DNA of 64,000 nucleotides from Heteronotia binoei. Its lineage: Eukaryota. Position 1 is the stretch's first letter. Each line of letters opens with the position of its first letter. Location: assembly GCF_032191835.1 (NCBI RefSeq), contig NC_083240.1, forward strand, positions 24,056,001-24,120,000, read 5' to 3'. Below, piece after piece: positions 12,801 to 22,800 of the stretch. The position numbers were made by a program, and so were the translations under genes. The notes below the pieces were generated by a model that was not told where the DNA came from, ran no database searches, and worked only from the letters and a program-made list of their open reading frames with translations.

Positions 12801-15800
12801 TTTACCTTCCTCCCCCACAACAAACACCCTGTGAGGTGGGTGGGGCTGGAGAGGGCTCTCACAACAGCTGCCCTTTCAACGACAACTTCTGCCAGAGCTA
12901 TGGCTGACCCAAGGCCATTCCAGCAGGTGCAAGTGGAGGAGTGGGAAATCAAACCCGGTTCTCCCAGATAAGAGTCCGCACACTTAACCACTACACCAAA
13001 CTGGCTCTCTTTGTATTTTGGCCCTTTGTCTTCAGGACTGCTTTTCCACATGCCAATTAGTAGATTGCAAGGAGAACCAGGCATGCCGTGTGTCCGGAGA
13101 CAGCCATGCTAGGTCAGCTGGGGAGGGGTAGGGAAAGAGGAGCATCCTGCCATTCCCTCCCCCTCCCCGCCACTTCCTGCCCTTCTACCGTTGTTGGCTG
13201 CCATCTTGCCCAGGGTGAGGAGGAGGAACTCATCGGGTGGCACGAAGGGCTTGAGCTGCCTCTGAAGCTCCGTCATGATGGGGTTGAAGTGATGGCGGGC
13301 AAAGGTGGCCAAGGTGCTGCTGGCGGCCACCTGGAGCTCACGGGGGACCCCTTGCTGGAAAAGAAGGCTGGGGTCACTAGGGTGATGCAGTTTTATTGAA
13401 CGTGGCCATTGGCCATCACAATGCAAGATTAAATACAGTATCATAAAAAAGTTATCATAACAAGTGGTCAAACAGAAATAAAGAATGGTCCAATAAACAT
13501 ACAGGGCAACGGGTTAAGTGGTTTATAATGCAACAATTACAACCTTAAATGCATTGCTAAAACACTAAAGTAAAAGCAGTTAGGTTTAAGCTGCTAAAAT
13601 ATTAAAACACTGTAACGCTAAGATAATAGCTAAACTATTACGTTTAGCTATTAAGTTATAAACGTTATAAATCCGATAAACTAATTTGTGATAAATATCA
13701 ATATACTATAAAATTACAGACATCTATAGTAAAGTCAACTAATCTGAGGAGGCAGTTTTGGGCTCTGATTTTTTTAGCAGCCAAGGCAAAAAGAGACACT
13801 CTATGGGTGACCAATGGGGCTGGGGTCTAGGAGCAACAGGGTGTGGGGATGCCAGGAAGAGGGGGAAAGATATGGGGGCAATGTGGCAGCAAGGAATGAC
13901 AGTCCCAGAATGAGGGTGGCCAACTCTGGCTTGGGAATTACCTGGAGATTTTGGGGGTGGAGCCTGAGGACAGCAGGGTTTGGGGAGAGGAGGGATCTCA
14001 GCAGGGTATAATGCCACTAGGTCCATGTTCCAAAGCAGGCATTTTCTCCAGGGGCACTGATCTTGGTTGTCTGGAGATCAATGGTAATAGTGGGAGATCT
14101 CCAGGTGCCATGGGAAGGTTGGTAACCCACCCCAGAACCTGTCTGCAACATCTTGTGCTCAGTACCAGGGAGCCAGCTTGGTGTAGTGGTTAAGTGTGTG
14201 GACTCTTATCTGGGAGAACCAGGTTTGATTCCCCACTCCTCCATTTGCACCTGCTAGAAGGACCTTGGGTCAGCCATAGCTCTCACAGGAGTTGTCCTTG
14301 AAAGGGCAGCTTCTGGGAGAGCTCTCTCAGCCCCACCCACCTCACAGGGTGCCTGTTGTGGGGGAAGGAGATAAAGCCACTCTGAGACTCTGATTCAGAG
14401 AGAAGGGTGGGGTATAAATCTACCGTCTACCAGATAAGGTGAAATGCTGACACCATTGAAAGAGACTTTCCCTTTCCTAATGGGCAACTTCAACCAGTTC
14501 TGACATTTTGGATCACAGAAAAGGCTTGCAAAGGAGACAGCAAGACTTCCAGGTGCCTTCAAGATTCAGTGCATTCTCCTGGGTGTGCGCTAGGAGAAAA
14601 GATTCCCTCCTGTTAGACGTAAGCTGCCACACCCATTTGTTTGCTTAGGACAAAAGTCTGTGTCTGAGAACTCCAGAGAAGGTGTCTCCATTGTGACTGG
14701 ACCTGTGCCTCCCCATGTCCCTTTTTCTAGGGTCCCAAACCAGAAAGATCCCCCAGGGCTCATAACTGTAGAAAGATTTCTATTTGAGGTGCATGTAGAA
14801 ATGAAAGGCCTCTATAGTGATGGCACCATGGTGGTGTACACACAGTGATTTTCAGACTGGTTTTTAGAAACTGTTTGTGTTTATTGACTTTGCTCTGATT
14901 ATTCTGTTTTCTGACTGCCTTCTCTCCTTTTCTCTGATGAGGTCCTATCCAGGTCTGGTGCCTTAAAGACAAGCAACACTTATTCCAGTGTGGGCTTAGC
15001 GAGCTCTAACTTATGAAAGTTCACATTGGAATAAAGGTGCCACTGGACTTGTAAGACAGGTCACACTTTAAAAATAAAACAACACCCTGACCTGGATAGC
15101 CCAGGCAGGCCTGATCTTGTCAGAAGCTAAGCAGGATCAAATTTGGTTAGTAATAGTAGAAGATGATGACTGCAGATTTATACCCTGCCCTTCTCTCTGA
15201 ATCAGAGACTCAGAGCGGCTTACAATCTTTTGCTTACAGCTCCCATCAGCCCCAGCCATTGGCCATGCTGGCTGGGGCTGATGGAAGTTGTAGGCAAAAA
15301 CATCTGGAGAGCTACCATTGGCCTCCCCTGTTATCTTCCTCCCCTACAACAGACACCCTGTGAGGTGGGTGGGGCTGAGAGGGCTCTCACAGCAGCTGCC
15401 CTTTCAAGGACAACTCCTGCGATAGCTATGGCTAACCCAAGGCCATTCCAGCAGCTGCAAGTGGAGGAGTGGGGAATCAAACCCAGTTCTCCCAGGTAAG
15501 AGTCTGCGTACTTAACCACTACACAAAACTGGCTAGTACTTGGAGGGAGATCTTCTTGGAATACCAGCAGTCATGAAGACGGGGCAGGCTTTATTCAGCC
15601 ACCTCTCTGAATATCCTCCAGGCCCCCAGTAGGGGTCAGTCACCAGAGGTCACCATGACCTCCAGGTACACATGCATGCACCCAAACCAAAAATATACAA
15701 GCAAAACAACAGCAGGCACGAAACACCTCTGACTGCTACTCCTCACCTCTGGAGATGCTCTCAGTTGCTTGGAGGCCACAAGGATGAAATCCTGCAAGGG

Positions 15801-16262
15801 CTCCACCTCCAGGCCGTGCTCCAGCATGGCCCGGAGGCTGTGGTACACAGCCACCTTCTGCCAGGCCGACACCTGCTGAGAAGGGCAGACTCCTGAGTGG
15901 TGCCTCTTGTTTCCAGTCAGCCTCATGTGTGAGGCCACGATGGGGCAATAGTAGGTGCTGCATCTGCCACCCTGGAGTGGGAGAGCATCGGTTTTGCATT
16001 ATGAAGGTTTTACGTTCAGTCTGTGCTAGCACGAGACAGCAGCCTGAAGCAGGAAGGGAGATGAGTTGGGGGAGGGCTATCACAGCAGGTGTAGGAGGAG
16101 AAGCAGCAGGGTTCTTTACTTCATCTTGCCGAAGCGTCACCATGAGGACTGACATCACAGCCGCTGGCTGGACTCGAGCTGCTTGCAAGATATGAAGGAC
16201 CACTTCCTTTTGGTCTGCAGGCTCCGGTAGCTGCAGGAGGTGGTTGATGGAACAGAGGAGGC
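845..16262 (-). CDS. Maestro heat-like repeat (MROH-family) protein, N-terminal part; partial (continues beyond window start, first exon not located)
   Basis: 17 exons with GT-AG borders and consistent phases: 16120-16262, 15747-15875 (or 15872, NAGNAG), 13189-13354, 12188-12286, 11136-11287, 10796-10939, 9811-9903, 9327-9411, 8928-9041, 7831-7904, 6502-6621, 5715-5825, 4673-4805, 4232-4272, 3903-4044, 1043-1095, 845-952. About 635 codons, no stop. Peptides follow MROH1 as I recall it, in order: LQVAASSTLATFARHHFNPIMTEL ~ WQQAASGVLVAVGRQFISKVMEEL; YGCVPFLGITL ~ FGVVPFLPSVL; KLAILKVLGPM ~ RLAVVEALGPM; SPFEGSGRGVAVL ~ SPYLGDGRGAAAL. Exact paralogue not assignable by eye. Confidence 0.88.
1267..1981. 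mobile_element. Fold-back (inverted-duplicated) insertion with a 14-bp direct repeat at its ends
   Basis: Arms 1294-1611 and 1668-1981 are reverse complements (4 substitutions, one 4-bp indel), 56-nt spacer; ttacttgctaggca at 1253-1266 and 1980-1993. Confidence 0.85.
2790..3568. mobile_element. GC-rich non-autonomous DNA-transposon-like element with an internal ~100-bp tandem duplication
   Basis: Starts cagggctggccct and ends tagggctggccctg (imperfect TIR); cagccttcct...gcagga unit near 2961 and 3063; no clear TSD. Confidence 0.5.
5134..5550. mobile_element. hAT-type non-autonomous element
   Basis: Starts caggggtcattttgtagaaaa; 8-bp flanks cctgtaat/tctgtaat (7/8). Confidence 0.65.
6675..6950 (-). 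mobile_element. tRNA-derived squamate SINE (Squam3-like)
   Basis: Reverse strand reads gagccagtttgatgtagtggttaagtgcgcggactc...; same ~280-bp unit recurs across the window. Confidence 0.8.
8046..8519. mobile_element. Non-autonomous DNA transposon with GGGTTGCCA termini, abutting an assembly gap
   Basis: tagggttgcca at 8046 and tggcaaccc at 8511-8519; related shorter copy near 13912-14130. Confidence 0.6.
8520..8823. other. Assembly gap (N run)
   Basis: Run of n. Flanking MROH exons join in phase (T|TG), so no exon needs to be missing. Confidence 0.99.
12540..12715 (-). mobile_element. 5S rRNA-derived SINE (SINE3-type); other copies near 6005-6170, 15088-15160 (+), 22110-22225, 43765-43950, 55670-55870 (+)
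   Basis: Reverse strand cctgatctcatcagatcctgaaagctaagcagggtcagccctggtttgtatttggatggg parallels the 5S internal region, followed by a non-5S tail (ttttcaaggcaagag). Confidence 0.8.
12716..13010 (-). mobile_element. tRNA-derived SINE (Squam3-like)
   Basis: Full-length copy with (GAA)n tail. Confidence 0.85.
13387..13759 (-). mobile_element. AT-rich retroposed 3' fragment with 8-bp TSD
   Basis: gcagtttt at 13387-13394 and 13752-13759; insert ends with AATAAAA on the minus strand. Confidence 0.5.
14168..14425 (+). mobile_element. tRNA-derived SINE (Squam3-like)
   Basis: gggagccagcttggtgtagtggttaagtgtgtggactc...gggtataaatc. Confidence 0.85.
15160..15535 (-). mobile_element. Squam3-like SINE interrupted by a truncated palindromic hAT MITE (~15228-15330)
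   Basis: SINE body split by ...cccatcagccccagcc...ggggctgatggaagttgtaggcaaaaacatctggagagctacc..., the same family as 40414-40549. Confidence 0.75.
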
Positions 16263-17027
16263 CTGGATGGAAGAGGGAGGTAACAGCCCATTAAGATGTT
16301 AAGAATAAAGCAAGTTTCTAGTCTTCATAGACTGTAGGGAGAGGCTTGAAAGTCTCTGAGCAGCCATCTGCTGAGATGGCAGCACTGGACACACACTACT
16401 CAGAGACTTTAGGTATCAGTTCTCTTGTCGTGGGAAGGGAGGAGGGCTTGTTAAGCTATACAGCTTCGATTCACACACATCCCTCCCTGGTAATTGCCCA
16501 ACCTTACTTCCACTGGACGGTGCTTCTTCCTCAGCCATGCTCTCATGTTGTTTCTGTTTCGTGACCCCTGCCCAGTGGCGAGACTATCGACAGTGGTCCT
16601 GGAGAGGAAATTTACACCTTGTGTTCACCCTCCCCAGCTCCACCACATGGCAGATTCATTTTTTAAATTAATACTGGAGTTGGCAGGGACTGCCAGGCTC
16701 CACTAGTCCAGCCCCCTGCCAATGCAGGAACTATGATTAGAATACCCCCAACAAGTAGTTATCCAATCATTAATTAAAATGTACTTCCAATGACACGCCC
16801 CCCCCTTTTCCAAGATCTGTCTGGAAGGAAAAAAACTCACTTCAAGGTTTTTCCACTAGCAAAGGAGGCGGTTTTATTTAGGAAGAATCCAGATGCTTGC
16901 TGTTATCATCTCTCTCACACATACCCTCGCCCTCTGTTGGAGAAAGGTCAGACTCCCAAGAAATTTCTCCAAGGACATGCAGAGTCTGTGACAGCACCAT
17001 TAACCACAATGGAGATCTCATGAGATG

Positions 17028-17190
17028 CAGGGCTTTGTTTTTGTAGCAGGAACTTCTTTGCATATTAGGTCACAAACCCCTGATGTAGCCAATCCTCCCG
17101 GAGCCCTGTAAGCTCTTGGAGGATTGGCTACATCAGGGGGGGTGTAGCCTAATATGTAAAGGAGTTCCTGCTACAAAAAAAAAAAGCCCT
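17028..17190. mobile_element. Palindromic MITE (cagggc...gccct); partial copy near 17543-17670
   Basis: tttgtagcaggaact...gatgtagccaatcctcc mirrored by ggaggattggctacatc...agttcctgctacaaa. Confidence 0.75.
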
Positions 17191-17827
17191 TCACGAGAGA
17201 TACGCCAGGATGGAAGCTGCCAGCAATCCTCGATAGGCTCTGTACTCTGCCAACCAGAGGTGTCTATGGAAAGGGCCAGTATCTTCTCTCCAGAATAGGG
17301 TCTCACTTGTTCAGCTAAGCTAAGAGCAGAGCTGAGAGTGGTGCTAGTCCCCGACCACCTGCATGAACCAGCACACGGCCTGCTTGGGCATGCTATGGGG
17401 GATTCGAGCTGAAGCACCTCAGGCAAATTATCTCCATCAGAGCAAACTATTCCCATTTGGGAAACCTTACATTAAATCAAGTTTATTCCCTTGACTCAAT
17501 TTTGGCAAAGATTTAAGCTAATGATGGGACTGGAAAGTATCCATGGCTTTTTTTGTAGCAGGAACTCCTTTGAATATTAGGCCACACACCCCTGATGTAG
17601 CCAATCCTCCTGTAGCTTACAGTAGGCCCTGTAAGCTCTTGGAGGATCGGCTACATCAGGGGTGTGTGGCAGAGAAGTCCATCAACAGTTAGTAGCCATG
17701 GGTGAGTGAAGGAAATATCCATATTTAGAGGTAGTAAACCTCTGAAATCTAGAGCTGGGAGGAAACATCAAGGGGAGGCCTTAGTTTCTGTGTTATTTGT
17801 TGGTCCTCCAGGGAAAATGTTTAAACA

Positions 17828-17985
17828 TAAGAACATAAGAGAAGCCATGTTGGATCAGGCCAACGGCCCATCAAGTCCAACACTCTGTGTCACACAGTGG
17901 CAAAAAATGTTATATACACACATACACTGTGGCTAATAGCCACTGATGGACCTGTGCTCCATATTTTTATCTAAACCCCTCAGAA
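17828..17985 (+). mobile_element. CR1-type 3' end fragment; reverse copy near 51440-51590
   Basis: aagaacataagagaagccatgttggatcaggcc...catcaagtccaacactc. Confidence 0.65.
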
Positions 17986-19852
17986 TGGTGGACTAGATGG
18001 ACCACTGTCTGACCCATAGGAGCTCTTCTTAAGTTCTCTCAATAAAACAGCAAAACTCAGCTTACAAAAAATCCTGCCGACTTTTGCCAAATGTCAGGTT
18101 AGCTTCAGAATCTAGAGAATGATCCGAACACACAAATCAATTATCAGCATCATCCCAAGGTACAGAGTTCCCTAACAAGAAGGGTTCAGGGTCCCCTGTT
18201 AACTGACAACAAGGTCACTTTGGGCTACTAATCCTGTTGGTTGAGACCTCACCTCAATTAGGCCTCAAGGATGATATCATCGAAGAGAGAGGCAGGAGGT
18301 GAAGTTTGCCAGCAGCACTGTGCCCTGGAGATAAAAGCAGGGAAATCTTGGCCAATGGAACAGTGGCACTTAGAATGCTCTGTGACATCACTGGAAACAG
18401 AAGACAACCTGACCAAGTAGTACTAAGTCACCTCCTTGAACACTGGGCAACATTCAGATGAGGTGGATACAGGAATGTGTGATGGGTCCCAGAAAAAAGA
18501 GAGAATTTTTCTCAGAACATCCCCAAAGAGCAAGCTGTAGAGACTGCAGGGAGCCAAAAGCACCAATGCTCCAGACCCCTAAACTAGACCATCAGGGTAG
18601 TGAGTTTGTCCGGCACTGTTTTCTTGGCTGTGCTGAGATCCTGAGTCCAGTCCAGTGTGGAGGAGTCACATTAATGGAAGATCAAGAAAGACAATAACTG
18701 TTGTGAGACTGTCAACTGTGGCCCTGAAGGGGAAACTTGAACCCTTGCTTATTGAACACAATATTTTCTGATTATGTACAAACATGTGTATTGTTTTCTT
18801 TGGTATTAAATAATACATTAACAACGTTCTTTTTTTAAAAAAGCCATTTTACTTGGAATGGCTGAAGGGACTCTGCTTACAGGCAGGAAGGGGTGCATTA
18901 GGAGAATGCAGGGGGTGGCGATTTCTTGCGATTTCAGTCTATTATTTTACTATGAACAAACTCTTCTGCAGATCCGTTTAGTGGGAAAATATTAAAGTAT
19001 TCCTTGTCCTGTGCTATAGACTCGTCCACTTCACAATAATAATAAAAGACATCTAGTATGCAAAATATAAAACATAAGCCCTCTTTTCTAAACACTAAAC
19101 CCAGTCCCTTGGCTAAGCAATCAGCCTACAGGCTAGTCCACGTATGAACATCCTGATTCCACCTCCAAGAGAAGCTCAGACATGGCAGAACATCAGGGAT
19201 GTCCAGCACCCCTCAGGAAGAAGGTGGCTTTGATGTCAAGATGGTGAACAAAAAAGAGAGGAGGCCTAGCAAAAAGCACTCAAGTCTGAAGTCCAACAAA
19301 AAAGTGCTCTGGGACTGAAGAACAAGGAAGAGGCTGGTGAGGGTCCCACTTGCCAGACGTGAGAAGGTCCAGGGTCTCAAGCAGGCTTCTTGGTAGCTGT
19401 AGGTTTGAGATGCAGCTGCTGGCAAGCTGGAAGTCACTTTCCTGATGTTTACTGTGGCCCAGATGGAATTCTGGATTTTTTGAGGCTCATTCACAGAATG
19501 TAGCTCTATCCATGTGCTTTACAGGCATTTCATTCTTTGGTTTATCAGAGGTGCAGTCAAAGTTTCAAATGAGGGGTGACTGATGCCACACTCTGAGGGA
19601 AGGGGGAGCAGGAGGAGGAGTTTGTCCATTCTGTGAAGAATGAATTCTTGCTTTTTGCCATGTCAGGACCTGGATAAAGACTGGTTGTTTCTCTGGGATG
19701 CATTCTGCACTCAGGCTCCTCCACATGATCATCAACAAGGAAGGAGCACATCATGTAGCCAGTGGACAAGTGTGCCCTCCAGACACAGAGGTCTGTTGCA
19801 ACCTGGGTCTGAGATCTGTGAGGACCTGTGAAAAGGCTGGCACATGTGGAAT

Positions 19853-22800
19853 TCACAGCTGGGCAGCGGAAGTACTGATCAAGTCCTGGGGGAGACTCTC
19901 TCGGGCTTGCTGCATCCGTCGCCGAGCCCGCTGGAATGCCTCTGCAACCAAGCAAATTTTTGCAGGGGTCAAGCAAGAGATTCAGCCTGAGTCACTCCCC
20001 ACCCTCCCGCAAGACTTAGGGTATGGGAAAACACTCCAACTTGGAAACAACCCTCCACTTAGGGCTCTACACGTCCTGCATTTAGTAACCAGACTCCTAT
20101 AAGTATCAAAGATTCAAACTGAATAAGCGATCTGAATACATTTGTATCTAATTTCCAAATTGTTTGGGCTTCTGCTAGCCAAGGTAGAAAGGAACAAAGG
20201 AGACAAGGAGCACCAAACCCTTGCTACTTCTTTGACCTCTGAAAATCTCACTCAGCCCCTCCTAAGCACCCCCGCCCCAGGTCTTTTTTCAGTATGACCC
20301 CAAGCTTCCCTCTGCCAACACAAATGACTACATCTCAAAGAGAAAATAAGTGTGTATCAAATATATACCAATAATATGAAATATATAAAATATATCAATA
20401 TAAAGTCTTCCTCTTTATATACAGTTCTCTTCAAATGTTTTTTCCACATCTAACAGCATTTAAAGATACAATTGCTTTAACCAGAAGAACAAAAGAGTAG
20501 GGGTCGAAAACCAGATAAAAGGGAGTGGTCTTATGGTCACATGTTGCCTAACTTTTTATTTTAAAAAAGCTTAACGTTCAAACATATGCACACTTAGGTG
20601 GGAGGTATAAATGGTTCATAACGATATCCACGATTATCGACGTGACATTTTTCACACGGCTCTTCTTCCACAGAGCTCAGGATGGCATGCCTTGTTCTCT
20701 TCTTTCCATTTGGCCCTCATAACAACCCTGTGAGGTAGGTTTGGCTGAGATGAAGGTCACACAGTTGAGCTTCATGGCTCAGCAGGTTCTGAACATCAGT
20801 CTCCTTGCCAGTCCAATAGTAACTACTGGGCATTAGGACTTTTTGGGCAGAGAAACTGGAGGGTGTCTTTTGTGCAAAGCATCCCTTAGCAGCAAACATC
20901 TCACCTAGGACACCATAGAGGGAGCCCTGCTGGCTGAAGCCGCCTAGCCGGTCCAGGACACTTTGCATGCGCTTCTTCATAGAGCTGGACTCCAGGAAAG
21001 CCCTACCAAGAGAGAAATCCCAGGTCAGAGTTTAAAGCTGGAACTTCAATGCTTTCCACAATACAAGACCGATTCACGGACAGGAAAATACTAGCCATGA
21101 AATGAAGACTCTGTGTGCAGAGGCGGTGTACCAGATGATGAAGACAAACAGAGTCTCATGCCCGGTATGTGGAGCTTTTGTTAGGGAAACAAATGCTGGA
21201 CCAGACAAATTTTCGGTCTGATTCAGCACAACCCTTCTTATGATCTGACACCTTAGGTTGCCAATGGATGGGCTTGCAATGGGATAAGCACTGTGGAACT
21301 CCGTGCACCTTCCTTCTGTATAGCACACACATGCTGATTCATGTATGAGATCTTCAGCCATCACGTCTACCCAACAGGAGTGGGGGCTGAGGGCTATGTA
21401 GAGGAGGACCGAGGCATCTAAAGCATTCTATGGTGGGAAACACCAGTGTCTCTTTGCCAGGTGCTTCTTATCTTGTCTTCTGGGAACTGAGTTGAATAAG
21501 GGGAGGGGCATGGCTCAGTGGCAGAGCACCTGCTTTGCTGGAGATCCCAAGTCTGATCCCTGGCAGGATCACCCATTACAGGATCTCAGGTCAAAACTGT
21601 TGCAATCCCACAATGGCTGCTGGAATAAGGAGTCCAGCCTGGCAACTGCTTAGCAAAGCTCCACAGGCACCAATCCTCCTGCTGGTCACATCCCTTCCCT
21701 CATAGCATCTCCAGCTCAGTACTGGGATGCAGGGGTGGGGGGCAGGGGTCTGACAGCAGCTCCGTGACATCTAAAGATGCTGCCCCTCACTTCCTTAGGG
21801 AAGCCACAGCTACTCTAGTAGATTCCTCATTACTGCAGTTTGGCAGGGGTATGTTGCTCTGCAAATGCACTGTAGACCTGTGTGACTTCATAAACAAACA
21901 AAAAGAACTTACAAAGAGTGCCTTATTAATCTAACATTTATACTAACAATAGGTCAGAAGAAGTTCTAAAACCGGAATCTCAAATGATATAATCCTGCAT
22001 CCCTCCAGGCACAACTACAGATTTTCACATACTGGTTGTTCTTTCACTTAAGGGATTTTGCCTGGCATCAACGAGAAGAAGGCTATGCCATCCAGTTGCA
22101 GCCAAGGCAAGCAGGTTTTCAAGGCAAGAGACAAACAGAGGTGGTTTGCCATTGCCTGCCTCTGCCTAGCAACCCTGGACTTCTTTGGTGGTCTCCCATT
22201 CCAACTACTAACCAGGGCTGGCCCTGTTAAACTCCCAAGCCATGACAAACTTGGACCAAACTGGGGTAATGAGGAACCAACTAGAGTAGCTGTGGTTTCC
22301 CTAAGGAAGTGAGGGGCACCATCTTTAGACATCATCATGGAGGTGTTGTCAGACCATTTTGTTCACTAGGATTTGGCATGGGCTGCAGGCACCTTCTAGG
22401 GGGGATGTTTATTGTACTTAGTATGTTTTAAAAATTGGAACAGTAAGCTGACTTAGTCACAAGGGAAACATGGAACACAAAATAAACCAAGCTCGCTCTT
22501 GAAAGTCAAGTAAATGTAACTGACGTTCAGACATTCCCCCCACCCAAATCTCCTTGAACGTGAACCCAGAGAAGACGTGGGCTCCCCTGTCACCCCACCT
22601 GAGAGTGGCCTGACTTCTTCCCTCTCTGGCTGAGGTCATCACTTACTTGGACTGCTGCAGGCAGTTCAGCCTGAAAATGACGCTGCCTGTTGTCTCTGTG
22701 CGGAAGCCAAATCGGCTCAGACGGTCACCCTGCTGGAAGAGCAGCATTACAGCAACCCTCAGAACATTCCCTCTCCTGCCCACTCTTCCCCTACAGCTTG

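Noticed and set aside
19213-19320. Lys-rich plus-strand mini-frame (EEGGFDVKMVNKKERRPSKK...) after a cag acceptor
   Set aside because: No upstream partner exons or homology; lies in the probable MKS1 3' UTR.
19698-20102. 134-aa plus-strand ORF
   Set aside because: Antisense shadow of the last MKS1 exon and UTR; no recognisable homology.
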